A stretch of 63,850 bases of DNA, counting the filler, from Octopus bimaculoides (taxonomy: Eukaryota): assembly GCF_001194135.2 (NCBI RefSeq). It is 5 parts of 4 records of this genome, joined end to end, with 100 filler letters (N's around TTAATTAATTAA, not from the genome) between each part and the next. Parts side by side here need not be neighbours in the genome. Positions count along the whole stretch, not along the records: positions 25,398 to 53,974 come from NC_069000.1; 4 more parts are not named here. One strand, given 5' to 3'. Both the position numbers and the translations under genes were made by a program. Numbering within the stretch: the stretch's first letter is position 1; every line of letters begins with the position of its first letter. Under the pieces are notes generated by a model. That model did not search any database. It was not told the origin of the DNA and saw only the letters and a list, made by a program, of their open reading frames with translations. Of the stretch, positions 27,498 through 40,351 are shown piece by piece.

Positions 27498-28345
27498 TGA
27501 GAGGTCTGGTGAGTTTGGCGGATGAAGCAGTTTCGTAGCCCAATTCGTTCAACTTCTTTCTGCAGGGTCAGTTGTGTGACGTGCGGCCGAGCGTTGCCGT
27601 GGAAAAGTGGTCCTTTTCTATTGACCAATGCTGGCTGTTATCATCGTAGTTTCTTATGCATTTCATCCATTTGCTGGCAGTACTTCTCCGCCGTAATGGT
27701 TTCGCCTGGATCCAAAAAGCTGTGATGGCTGAGACCGGCCGCAGACCACCAAACAGTCACCATGACCTTCTTTTGGTGCAACTTTGGCTTCGGGAAATAC
27801 CGCTGAGCGTCGCCGGTTGTCGTAAAGAAACCACTTTTCATCGCAAGTCACAATCCGGTCGAGAAACGGGTCGTTCTTGTTGCGTAAAAGAAGAGAAGAC
27901 GACACTTCAAAACGGCGTTTTTTTTTGGGTTTTTTTTGGTGTGTGGGGGGGGTCGTTCAATTCGTGCGTCACCCATTTCTCAGGTATTTTTATTTTTCTA
28001 ATCTNNNNNNNNNNNNNNNNNNNNNNNNNNNNNNNNNNNNNNNNNNNNNNNNNNNNNNNNNNNNNNNNNNNNNNNNNNNNNNNNNNNNNNNNNNNNNNNN
28101 NNNNNNNNNNNNNNNNNNNNNNNNNNNNNNNNNNNNNNNNNNNNNNNNNNNNNNNNNNNNNNNNNNNNNNNNNNNNNNNNNNNNNNNNNNNNNNNNNNNN
28201 NNNNNNNNNNNNNNNNNNNNNNNNNNNNNNNNNNNNNNCAAACGCATCGTTGATATCGCGAGCTGTTTCAGCAGCTTTTCAGCCTAGCTTGAACTGGAAT
28301 AAGAAAATTGTGCGAATTTGCTTTTTGTCCATGTTCTATTCAACG
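27497..28345 (-). pseudogene. Decayed mariner transposase, cecropia/Hsmar1-like
   Basis: MDKKQIRTIFLFQFKLG*KAAETARDINDAF from ATG 28332; PFLDRIVTCDEKWFLYDNRRRS; HQKKVMVTVWW; HGNARPH; frameshifted HPPNSPDLS. Middle part lies in a gap. Confidence 0.9.
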
Positions 28346-29164
28346 CTCCGGAAAAAATGGCCTAATTATTCAAAAGGAAAAAGAGTAACACGATTAGATA
28401 GAGCAAAAAACGGGCTTTAAAATGATATATAAAGTCAAAGTAATTTAACGAAAATTAATTTGAAAATACATAATTTAAAACGAAAATTTAAAATTCTGCA
28501 AGAATTTTCTTGACAACTTTATAACATCTAAAAATGAGAGCTATTATTAGAACTATGGACGACAGATTAGCAAGACGTTAGATTTTGCCGGACAAAATAC
28601 CTTGCATTATTTATTTAAGGCTGCGAAAATGGCAAGAGCGGATGGTACCTCTCTCATTGTAGACCTGTAAGTCGGGGAGAAGGAATTGTAGAAAGCATTT
28701 GATCTTAGTGTTCAGGGAAATCTCGAACAGTGGGATTCCTCGATTATCCCTAGAGATCTTGTATCAGGAGAGCTACATCTCTCCCATCCTCTCCATCAAC
28801 GTTTCCTAAAACGTTTGTATGCTATGCTATATGTTCCTTCTTTTTCAGTGTATACTTACATTTTCCATTTTTTTTTATCGTTTCATTATACGGCTGTCTT
28901 TGTATTGTTTCCCTCACCCTTCACCCTTGTGGCAAATAAATGAAACCGTTATTTATTTAAGGCACTTTAAGTTCTGAGCTCAAATCATATCGGATTCCAT
29001 ATTTGTCTTTCATTCTTTCGGCATAAATTGAAGAATGTGGTAGTCGAGTACTGAAACCAATGATATCGAACAATAACTCCACGCGCCCACTGGAAATCAG
29101 TCTAGGGGGCCTGGATTAAAATCTCTACTCCCATTAACTTGTTTAAGGCAGAGTACTTGTACGA

Positions 29165-29460
29165 TCAGACAAAATGCTTTGCGGCATTTTTTCTGTCTAA
29201 ATATTTATATTCTAAGTTCAAATCCCATCGAAGACATCTTTGCTTTTCATTTTTCGGGGCCGATAAAATACGTATCAGTCAAGTGTTGGGGTTGATGTAA
29301 TCGACTGAACCCCTTCCTTCAAAACTTTTTACCTTGCGCCAAATCATTATCCTTTCGGGGTCGATAAATTAGGTACCGGTTGCGTATTGGGATCGATCTA
29401 ATCGACTAGCCCCCTTCCTCCAAATTTCAGGCCTTGTGCCTATTGCAGAAAGGATTATTA
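29165..29460 (+). mobile_element. SINE family A copies (degenerate full copy plus a 3' half)
   Basis: Core and tail motifs as in other copies. Confidence 0.75.
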
Positions 29461-29481
29461 TTATTATTATGATTATTATTA

Positions 29482-29513
<32 letters not shown>

Positions 29514-29514
29514 G

Positions 29515-29703
29515 AGAGATCAGTGCATGCCATGAAAATGACACTGGGGTACAAATACACGAAATCCAGTATACCCATCGTGACTACCCGTCTGATAAGG
29601 GTACACCAGACACATGCATCACAGCCATATGTGCATGACATGGTGATCTCATATCAAGATAAACAACGCTTGACCTTGCAAGTGTGACCCAGTTAGAATT
29701 TTT
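29515..29703 (-). mobile_element. About 190-bp repeat, probable LINE 3' end with (AAT)n tail (second copy 49576-49772)
   Basis: Two closely similar copies, both abutting (TTA)n on the left. Confidence 0.75.
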
Positions 29704-29754
29704 CTTCTTCTTCTTCTTCTTCTTCTTCTTCTTCTTCTTCTTTTTCTTCTTCTT

Positions 29755-29835
<81 letters not shown>

Positions 29836-29999
29836 NNNNNNNNNNNNNNNNNNNNNNNNNNNNNNNNNNNNNNNNNNNNNNNNNNNNNNNNNNNNNNNNN
29901 NNNNNNNNNNNNNNNNNNNNNNNNNNNNNNNNNNNNNNNNNNNNNNNNNNNNNNNNNNNNNNNNNNNNNNNNNNNNNNNNNNNNNNNNNNNNNNNNNNN

Positions 30000-30095
30000 G
30001 TACCATATATCTGGATTTGTACAGTTTTGTTCAAGTGAATGTTTAAGAAACCATAAGAAAATTATGTTTGCTTTAAAATTTGAGATCACATAGAC

Positions 30096-30169
<74 letters not shown>

Positions 30170-31834
30170 GGCGGCGAGTTGGCAGAATCGCTAGCATGCC
30201 GGCCAAAATGCTTAGCGTTATTTCGTCCATATTTACGGTTCTGAGTTCAGATCCCCCCGGGGTCAACTTTACCTTTCAGTCTTTCGGGAGTCGAAGAAAT
30301 AAATACAAGCTGGGTACTGAGATATTACTCTCTCCACACCAAATATCAAGCCTTCTGCCTCTTGTAGATAGGGTTATTGTTGTTTCTGGCTGACACCCAC
30401 GTCCCAACCAGAAACGTCAAGGAGCAACAAGATTTTGCATCCAAAGATGCTAACAGGTCAGGGGTCACGCAGTTGAAAAATAACTGGTGTCTGTGAATTA
30501 AAAAAAAAAATAATAATAACATTGAATAAATAAGGTTACATTTACAGGGAGAGGAATTTGCATAAAACTATGTGAGGTAGTGATAAGTCTACTCTTTTGC
30601 AACTCACTTGTTTTGATGTTGCCAAGAATTTGGTCTACATACTTGTTCGCTCCTTTTGATATCATTCCAAGTGCCCCATTAAATGTTGGTAATCTTACTT
30701 CTTTAAGATGCCACATTCCTCTGGCTTTAATCTCCAAGTCCTTATATTTGCTCAGTTCCTCAAACGTTTTCGGAGATGTGTTTTTGCCAGCTGGGGCTAC
30801 AACATATACCAAAAGACAAATCTATATTATTATTATTATTATTATTATAAGACTATTATTAAGGCGGCGAGCTGGCTGAATCGTTAGCGCGCTGGACGAA
30901 ATGCTTAGCGGTATTTCGCTCGTCGCTACGTCCTGAGTTCAAATTCCACCGAGGTCGACTACTTTGCCTTTCATCCTTTCGTTGTCGATAAAATAAGTAC
31001 CAGTTGAAGCACTCGGTTTGATGTAATCGACTCATCCCTCCCCCAGAATGTTACCCTTGTAAAAAAAATTTGAAACCATTATTATTATTATTATTATCAT
31101 TATTATTATTATTGTTATATGTTTGACTTTTATTTTGCATTTGTACAAGTTGGCTCCAAGTCTCACCCAGAGACTTCAAGAGACAACAAGTTAGAAGTTC
31201 ATGTTGGTGTTATGCTTAGGGTGTCATATATTTGGTTTTGTATATAGTAGTGTTCTGGAGAATGTTTAAGAAAACATAAGAAGATTATGAATTTGTTTCA
31301 AAAGTTGAGATTACATAGACAGTAGGATAGTTCCCATGAGTAATATCTTTTGAATTTCTGCCATTTTGGGGTTTCCTGGTATCTGAACTACATAGGAATC
31401 AGGCCCTTTTGCCGTAATTCCTAGGGCACCTATGACAGCAGGTATTGTTTTAGTCTTGAGGCTCCACATTTTGCCAATTTCTATTTCAAGATCTTTATAC
31501 TTGCTCAGTTTTTGGCAGGTCTTGGCAGATACATCTATGTCGATTGGGACAGTCATATCATTGAGGAAGCATGATTTTTGTCTGAAGTCTGGCCTATTCG
31601 CATCTATCTTTCTGTCAGTTTGAACGGTGAAGTTCCAGAGGAGTGAGAAATGATCATGTTATTATTATTATTATCATCATCATTATTATTATTGAGGCGG
31701 CGAGTTGGCAGAATCGTAAGGACGCTGGACAAAAGACTTAAGCAAATTAAGTACCAGTGAAATACTGAGGTCGATGTAATCGACCTAGTCCCCTACCCCC
31801 AGAATTTCAGGCCTTGTGTCTATAAGTAGGAAGG

Positions 31835-31868
<34 letters not shown>

Positions 31869-32070
31869 GGCAGTGAACTAGCTGAATTGTTAGCACGCTG
31901 GCAAGATGCTTAGCGCTATTTCGTCCGTTTTTATGTTCTAAAGATCGAATTCCGCCGAGGTCGACTCTACATTTCATCCTTTCGGGGTCGATAAAATCAA
32001 TACTGGTGTCGATATAATCGACTTAAACCCCATCCCAAGTTGCTGGCCTCGTTCCAAAATTTGAAGCCAT
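30000..32070. mobile_element. Stack of SINE A copies (+; 30168, 30860, 31694, 31867) alternating with R4/Dong fragments (-; 30000-30100, 30500-30800, 31130-31660)
   Basis: LSKYKDLEI...GALG...QK motifs in track ORFs 30498..30812 and 31311..31556. Most units are separated by (TTA)n. Confidence 0.88.
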
Positions 32071-32739
32071 TTTTATGTAAAAAGCATGTATTTACATTTT
32101 TTTCTGTTTCCTTTGTGACGTAGTTACGGAGGGGTTTTTTTTTCTGGATAGCTTGATTTTTTTGTACTTTTTTCATCTTTTCTTCCTGGGTGAAACAGTA
32201 AGATTTCAAAAAAAAACAACATAATAATAATAAATTATGTTAATCGTATATATTTGCAGAGTATGAATATGTAATATATAATTAATTAGGAATATAGAGG
32301 AATTTGAAAATAATTTATGCGCCAAGGAAGTTTTTTTAATTATTCTATTGTATGCGTGCGTACATGAAATATTAAGTGAATGCACATCTATATAACCAAA
32401 TGTATTATGTCTATATAAGGTGATATAATGCTGCGGAAATGAAACGTACATAGATTAATACAAATGGTATGCGTATATATGTATGCGCGTCTGTGTGTGC
32501 GTGAGAGTCTGTGTGCGTTTGTGTATGCATGTATGAGTTGTTTCTGCGTGATCCTGTATGTTTGTATGTATTTATGTATATTAGCTATATATAATTATAT
32601 GCGCATATATAATGTAATGTATGTAGAAATGTGTGTGTGTGTGTGTGTTTGTGTGTGAATACATACGTGTGTGACCTCATGCGACTTTCTGTGCGTGTGT
32701 CAAATTGATAAAAGAATCATTCGCCCAGCCCAGAGAATT

Positions 32740-32855
32740 TTATTAATTCCACAGTAACAATAAGTCCTGGAGTCGATTTGTTCGACCAAAAGTGGTGCTC
32801 CAGCATGGCCGCAGTCAAATGACTGAAACAAATGAAAAAATAAAAAAATAGAATG
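32740..32855 (+). mobile_element. SINE family B, 3' part
   Basis: gtcgatttgttcgac...gtgctccagcatggccgcagt matches 53540-53628. Confidence 0.75.
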
Positions 32856-33059
32856 TATATTACGTCACAATATCGGTGACGTTTGACCAGGGCTTTGGCT
32901 CATAAAAGATTTCAATCACCTTCAAACTTTGGCAGTGACTAGAATCTATGGAAAAGATGGAACACGAAGCTCATCCAAATATCTCATGACTACTGAGAGG
33001 CTAGCCTCATCTTTACCTTGTGATTGTAGAGCTGTTTTCATGTTGCTTTGAGTGTTATG

Positions 33060-33880
33060 AGCACTGAGCTGGAATTTTCTGGTGATGCAGTTATTCTTGC
33101 TGAGTCTCTGCATGTCTTAAGGACTTCTCGCCTTTCATCGTGCGAAGAAGCGGAACCACTTGGCCTTAGAATTTCTTGGGTCAAGACAAAGATCCAATCT
33201 TGCTGAGGTCTCCATCTCGCCTGTTTCTGTTGCAGGTGAAAATGTCGAAGGTACTGACCCGCTTCACTTGTCTCGGTCGTTTGATCAATAGCAGCATTAC
33301 CTGAGAGTCTGGGGTCTTAAAAAAGTCTTTTGTACCCTGATGCAGTTGTGAACTCACTGGACAAGGGTCTTTGGCGCAGCCGGTGTCTGAGTAAGAAGGA
33401 GAAAGGTTCAGGTCTTCCTATGTCTGGTCTTCCCTGTCTGGCTCAATAGCTACAAACTTGGACACTGTCCAGACCCCTTAAAGGCCTCCTGAACGGCTTC
33501 GGTACTCGGACGCTTCCACAGGATTGTGGGTGACCGTTGGCCGAATTTCGTATCCCGCCAGCGACAATGTTCAGAAATTGGAATACATTCAGTTACCTGT
33601 AAGATTCTGCTGCGTCATCTTAGATTGTTTGGTCATGTTGCTCGATTTTCCGAGGTGGTCCCTGCGTATCATGTTCTCTTCCCTGAGGATCTGGCTGGGG
33701 GAATAGGTCGGGTTGGTCAGCCACGTGCCTCATGGCCACGGTTGATGAGGAAGTATCTTGCAGATATGAGGACTGACACTGCTCGGGGGGTGGGGTCGCA
33801 CAGGCCAATACCGACAAATGCTGGGAACAGCGTCGTGCTGCAACGGTGCATTTCCCCATACATGTCTTGACCTGAACTGA
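33060..33880 (+). mobile_element. RTE-type LINE, decayed RT C-terminal region
   Basis: LEFSGDAVILAES (FADD-like), EEAEPLGLRISWVKTKIQ, GENVE..D.FT.LG, LRHLRLFGHVAR and GRVGQPRASW. Confidence 0.8.
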
Positions 33881-34214
33881 GTACTTAAATGCACTCTGTA
33901 CCATACTGGTTGCTACCATATCATAGTTAAGAATATATACTGTTGTGTTACATGAACGTTTGGCTCCTAACCAGTTTCTTACAGTTCAGGAAACTTGAGC
34001 TTCCAGCCAGAAACATGTATTTCACTCCCGATATATCCACATGGAATATTTTATTGTAGACATTTCGGTGACGATGAAGAATATGTGACATTAAACAACA
34101 ACAAAAAATGATGAGCACCAAATACTTCTTTCTCAACATGTCGTACATATGTCAATAGTATGTCTACAAACAAAGTACTACAAACACAGACACACAAAAA
34201 TATGAATATATACG

Positions 34215-34372
34215 ATGGGCTACTTTCAGTTCCCGTCTACCAAATCCACTCAGAAGACTTTGGTTGGCCCGAGGCTATAGCAGAAGATATTTCTTGCCCA
34301 AGCTGCCACGCAGTGGAACTGAACGCGGAGCCATGTGGTTGGGAAGCAATCTTCTTACCACACGGCCTGCGC
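34215..34372 (-). mobile_element. SINE family B, 5' part
   Basis: tRNA-like head on the minus strand; matches the other family B copies. Confidence 0.8.
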
Positions 34373-34523
34373 CTATATATGTATATATAGACACACACAC
34401 AAATACTTCTTCATATATGATTTATACGTATATGGAAATGTATTTTTACGAATTGTGCATGCGTGTTTACGAATTTGTATGTATGTGTGCATGAGTCTAC
34501 ATGTCTGTGTCTGTCTGTGCGCG

Positions 34524-34557
<34 letters not shown>

Positions 34558-35012
34558 TGTATGCTTTTGTGCGTGTCTCTTTGAGAGTTCTCTGCAAATC
34601 ACAGGAGTATTTTAGGAGTCCCAGTGCTTACCACAATTGAGTATCTTTATAATAAAACCTTTTCATATCTTTTTTTCTTTCCTCCTTCTGCGCAACAAAC
34701 ATACAGCGTTACCACATGTGGACTGCAGAAGAAAGAAGAAAAAAAATCAGTAAGTTTCACAATGTAGAGAACATGAAAAACCATTTGGAATCAAATTCTC
34801 AGACAAATGTAAATATATTCTATGAATCAAAGACAGTAACTCTTATTGTAATATTTTTTTTAGCTTAGCTAACTGCGTAACAAATATAAACCAACAACTG
34901 TCTGGTATGGCGAATGAAACAGAATTATGAGTTAAGAATAAAATAAATTTAGAGAACGGTTTGCATTCAAGATTTTCTTTTAGTTTCTTTATTGATTAAT
35001 AAGTCCATCCGT

Positions 35013-35260
35013 TCATTTTGTACTCCTATGATACTCCTGGTGGCATTGTAGCGATAGGGTTCTCCATAGAGTCCTCTCAGAAGCAACAGTCATTAGACTC
35101 TCCAGTTGTATTCCTAAGCGTGACCAACTAAGACTATGGACAGTATCCAACCATCTCATTTTTGGTTCACCCATAGGTCTCCATCCGGTTGGCTCGGCTT
35201 GAATAATCCGTCTTGCGAATCTTTCTTGTGACATTCTAATCGTACCGGAGCTGTGACTTT
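35013..35260 (-). mobile_element. RTE-type LINE 3' fragment
   Basis: RMSQERFARRIIQAEPTGWRPMGEPKMRW...VASERTLWR. Confidence 0.75.
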
Positions 35261-35648
35261 TCGATACCGAGAAGAAACAGCTCGACATAGAGAGATACCC
35301 TGATCTCCGAGCTTCGTACCCTCTTTAACGAATATTACTGAAACAATAAGAAATGAAAACTTCATTATAATCTTTAAAAACGTATAAAAATTATTTAGTG
35401 TTAATCATGAAACTGCGTTGAATTTAATTCGTTCTTGTAGATTTTCGAAAATGGGAATAAGATGAGCAAAGTTGTTCTTGACTAGCAACAGCATCTCTTG
35501 ATTCAGAGTTGATATTATCGGAAGTCAATTGAACCGTGTTTTGTGGACTATATTCTACAAATACGCTGAGTCTTTATGCTATGACGTGGGTATACACGTC
35601 TCGTGCTACTCGAACGTAGGTTCGATACTCAGCATTTATTGTTCATCT

Positions 35649-36040
35649 GTGTGTGTGTTGGCAATCCGTCGCTTACGACGTCGAAGGTTCCAGTTGATCC
35701 GATCAACGGAACAGCCTGCTCGTGAAATTAACGTGCAAGTCGTTGAGCACTCCACAGACACGTGTACCCTTAACGTAGTTCTCGGGGATATTCAGCGTGA
35801 CACAGTGTGACAAGGCTGACCCTTTGAATTACAGGCACAACAGAAACAGGAAGTAAGAGTGAGAGAAAGTTGTGGTGAAAGAGTACAGCAGGGTTCGCCA
35901 ACCATCCCCTGCCGGAGCCTCGTGGAGCTTTAGGTGTTTTCGCTCAATAAACACTCACAACGCCCGGTCTGGGAATCGAAACCGCGATCCTATGACCGCG
36001 AGTCCGCTGCCCTAGCCACTGGGCCATTGCGCCTCCACAC
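35649..36040 (-). mobile_element. Full-length tRNA-derived SINE family C, 392 bp, with 9-bp TSD
   Basis: A box TGGCCCAGTGG, B box GGTTTCGATTCC and (AC)n tail. TSD TGTTCATCT at 35640-35648 and 36041-36049. Confidence 0.9.
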
Positions 36041-37789
36041 TGTTCATCTACCGACTGTTAAATCAACACATGTCGAACTGACACAGCAAACCAACCACCC
36101 ATTTCTTTATTTTGACACTATGGGCCATAACATAGAGGGGACAGCACAAGGACAGAAAAAGTAATACATTGGGGTACATGAAAATACATATCGGATGAAT
36201 TATGAATATAATTAATGAGAATGAAATGGCTTTCCTACTCGCCAAAGTAGGTAGTTCCTTTTTACTGTTTTTAAAATTAGTTTTACTTTACAGTCTTGTA
36301 TCTTTTCTTTAACACAAAATTACAACAAATGCTGCATTATATGATCAAAAATTACAACAGCTGGCCGTTCGTCGTATCTGTACTGAAATGGTGTTATTCC
36401 AACTCTTTTTTCCCAAATAGTTCTACTAATCTCTCCCCTCTTTCTCTCTCCAACATCACGCCCTTCTTACCTTCATGGTTTGCCATTTTCACTCTGATAA
36501 TACTTTTCATTTTTCTTACTCTCTTTTCAATTTCGACGCTTTTTTTCATTTACTATGACGTTTCTTAAGTTTCTTCCTGTAGGTATCGTTCTCTGATATC
36601 CTTCACCACTCTCTTCGTCCGTCATAAATGTCTCTGTCTCTAATTCACTGTCTCTTTCGTTTCTTTCCTTCTTTCGTACTCCTCTCATTTGCCAGGGTCT
36701 GTTGAGGAGTCTCATAGTGACTTCTGCGGGTATTTATGTAACAATTTAATTTGCCCACAGTTGGATCCCAAGTAGGCACAAGTACTCCGAGTGCGAGTAG
36801 ACCTGGCAACAATAGTGATCAAGAGGATGTTTCACACTCCTCAAAAGCCTGGAACTTCCGAATCTAGCACCAATACCGAGTGTAGTTTAGATTCATACTC
36901 AGGTCAACAAACTATACACTGTGTAGCTAAATGAGTGCCTGTCCCTCGATCAACAGTGGCTGATGATGTGAATAGTCATCAAAACATGCGATAACTTATG
37001 AGGTTCGTGAAGTAAAAAGTGATAAGTATTACATATCTTGTGTATGTTGTACATTCGACATCCGTTCTTTCTGTTTGTTTAATTCCTGTAGACATAAAAT
37101 CATAACACCAACAAAGTTGTTGAGCACACTCGGTGTAAGTATGGGGTTTAGATTAACTAAGATTTTACAGCTTATGTTCATGTGTGTATGTGTGTTTGTG
37201 TATGTAAGTATGTACGTACAAGTATATACCTATGCATATATATATATATATATGTAATATATATATATATATATATACANNNNNNNNNNNNNNNNNNNNN
37301 NNNNNNNNNNNNNNNNNNNNNNNNNNNNNNNNNNNNNNNNNNNNNNNNNNNNNNNNNNNNNNNNNNNNNNNNNNNNNNNNNNNNNNNNNNNNNNNNNNNN
37401 NNNNNNNNNNNNNNNNNNNNNNNNNNNNNNNNNNNNNNNNNNNNNNNNNNNNNNNNNNNNNNNNNNNNNNNNNNNNNNNNNNNNNNNNNNNNNNNNNNNN
37501 NNNNTGTGTATGTGCTCACATCTGTGTATATGTACGTATATATATATATATGTGTGTGTGTGCACGTGTGTGTGTATGATAGAGAAAAAAAATGAGTGTG
37601 TATGTATTGAAGTATGTATGCATGTATGTATATAGAGAGGTGCGCGCTCACGCAGGCGCAGAAAGCTCCGCACAGCTTTGGCTAATCTCCCTCAACCGTT
37701 CGTCGATTCATAAAACAGATGTCCCAGCCAGTTGTTAGGCTGGTTTCTCAGTCTGGTTTCTATTTCCGTCTTCACAGAGCAACTACACC

Positions 37790-38249
37790 ATACCACTTTC
37801 ATCACCACCATCGCCATCGCCATCGCCATCACTCACAGCCATCAACATCACGTGCACCACCACCACCACCGCCACAGCCACCACCACCACCATCATCATA
37901 ACCACCACCATCATCATCATCATCATCATCAGCGCCATTTTAAAGATCATCGTTACCGTCATCGTGAACACTGCCACCAATCAGTATCATCATCAGCGGT
38001 AGCATCATTACCATCGTCATCAGCATCGTGATGAACACTACCACCATCAGCATCACCACTACCATCATCATCATCAGCAGCAGCAGTAGCAGGATCGTCA
38101 TCATCACCATCATCATCATTATCATCGTCAGCATCTCGTCGTCGTCGAAGTCATCATTTTTACGACTCCCAACATCACCACCGCATCAGTCCTTCACCAC
38201 TCTCACTCTCCACCACCATTACCACCACCAACACCGACACCTCCACCAC

Positions 38250-38290
<41 letters not shown>

Positions 38291-38451
38291 CTCCATCACT
38301 GCGCCGTCCCCCACTACCAACGCCTTGGCCAATGCAACACCTCTGTCTCCTTCAATGACACGACATCTACGTCAGCTTCATTCAGTGAGAAAACTTTACG
38401 CAATCGTTCAACCAGCTAGAAATAGCAGCCAAATCTCACCTCACCCATGAC

Positions 38452-38503
<52 letters not shown>

Positions 38504-38530
38504 TAGTAGTAGTGGCAGCAGCAGCAGCAG
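37790..38530. repeat. Degenerate (CAT/CAC/CAG)n low-complexity region
   Basis: Direct inspection; source of the poly-His and poly-Ile ORFs. Confidence 0.9.
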
Positions 38531-38802
38531 AAGAAGAAGATCCACTGCTTGATTCTGGGTCCAAAGGGATAATTGCGATTCATGTTAGCTGCAAGTACGT
38601 CGGTATATGATCGTCTATATATTCTTAGTGCCGGGATGTTTATTTTGGACTAGATACCAAATATCGTTACAGATAAACAAATACATTGACATGTATATCT
38701 GTCAGCTTGTCAGTCTGTCTGCCTGTCTTTTTGTTTGTCGAAGTGTAACCACCTACCACCTCGCTTTTTCACACACACACACACACGTGTACATATGTAT
38801 AC

Positions 38803-38858
<56 letters not shown>

Positions 38859-39090
38859 ATATGTGTGTGTATGTACCTGTGTGGGGGTAAGTATATATAN
38901 NNNNNNNNNNNNNNNNNNNNNNNNNNNNNNNNNNNNNNNNNNNNNNNNNNNNNNNNNNNNNNNNNNNNNNNNNNNNNNNNNNNNNNNNNNNNNNNNNNNN
39001 NNNNNNNNNNNNNNNNNNNNNNNNNNNNNNNNNNNNNNNNNNNNNNNNNNNNATATATATATACATGTTTATATAAGAATATAATTAACA

Positions 39091-39126
<36 letters not shown>

Positions 39127-39297
39127 ACTTATATCTGTGTTTGTGTGATGTGATGTGTATGTGTGATGTGTGTGTGTTATTTAAAATACGTACATAACAA
39201 ACTTATGTTTAGCTGTATAATTTACTGCTTACATTGCACCTGTTCTCTTCAAAAATACACGTACGAGTAGAAATAAAGCGTAAACACACAATGAAAG

Positions 39298-39378
<81 letters not shown>

Positions 39379-39429
39379 GATGGATTCTCTCGTCGTGAAC
39401 GGCGAGTGAGAATTCAGTGAAATAAAGCG

Positions 39430-39830
39430 TTAATCATGTTCTGTGCACACGAATGTGTCCTTTGGTGCCTTGCAAGCCTTTTGGCAAATGGAACAAGTTG
39501 AGGACTCAGTTTGCTTGAGTGCTTGTGGATTATTTGCTATGTGTTTTCTTGAGTGAGCAGCAAGGCCTGCTTTGCTCCGTGTCACAAAACCACAATGACA
39601 GGTAAGCTTCCATTTAGCGGAGCAACGGTTTGCCAACGTGACTTCATGCTTGCACGATGCTGGTCCCGATGTTGGAATAGACTTTGTTCAGATCTCTGAA
39701 CTGAGGGGAAGCAGGACTGGTGCCAGGTCCTGCGTTCTGGTGCTTTGTTTTCTCAGAAAGAAACGAATGTTGTATCACTTCAGATTGTCTTTTAGTTTCT
39801 CTTGAAGCGCAAGAGAGGCATTCCCACTGA
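39430..39830 (-). mobile_element. RTE-like LINE 3' end with C2H2-like fingers (related piece at about 61050-61205, +)
   Basis: LTCHCGFVTRSKAGLAAHSRKH...CSICQKACKAP; about 61090-61200 is similar to the reverse complement of 39430-39560. Confidence 0.7.
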
Positions 39831-40032
39831 TTTTCATGTTGGGAATATATAAATATATATATATAAGAGAGAGGGGGAGAGTGACAGACAGGTACACCAC
39901 CGATTTTCCGGTAACGTTGTTCCAAACCCTTGGCCGATAAACCGTTTTGCCAGATCATACGTAGTCACGTAATAATAATTTGCCAATACACCCCTAATCT
40001 ACAAATTATACACCTCCCATGTATATTAAGTA

Positions 40033-40351
40033 CTGTGGAATCTCGGTTTACGAACGCTTTTCATCACGAACAAACCAGTTTACGAACAGTTTTTCGAGCA
40101 TAAGACGTCTCGGGTGACGAAAGGTGTCTCGTGTAACGAACACGCAAGCCAGAAAACAACGGTTGGCAACAAGCTGGGAACATCAGCAGGAGAACGTCAG
40201 TTTCTGTCTAGCTTTCGCTCAGTGCACATCAGAGCTCGAATTCATCGTAACTTCATTCTAATTTCTTATAAGTAAAATAGTTTCGGTTTAGGAATATTTC
40301 GGGTGACGAACAGCCTTCGGGAACGTAAATTTGTAAACCGAACTTCCACAG
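40033..40351. mobile_element. Tigger/pogo-like MITE, 319 bp
   Basis: TA|CTGTGGAATCTCGGTTTACGAA versus TTGTAAACCGAACTTCCACAG|TG; internal ACGAAC repeats. Confidence 0.8.

Noticed and set aside
29340-32070. CRISPR-like repeat-spacer array
   Set aside because: The units are diverged SINEs and LINE fragments of unequal length in animal DNA, with no cas genes.
35960-36040. tRNA genes at the SINE heads (also 19362, 41230-41305, 53268)
   Set aside because: A and B boxes are present, but the cloverleaf stems do not close and each head continues into a SINE body.
37732-38450. His-rich ORFs after an acceptor-like tttccgtcttcacag
   Set aside because: A degenerate CAT/CAC repeat open in several frames on both strands, with no domain, start or partner exon.
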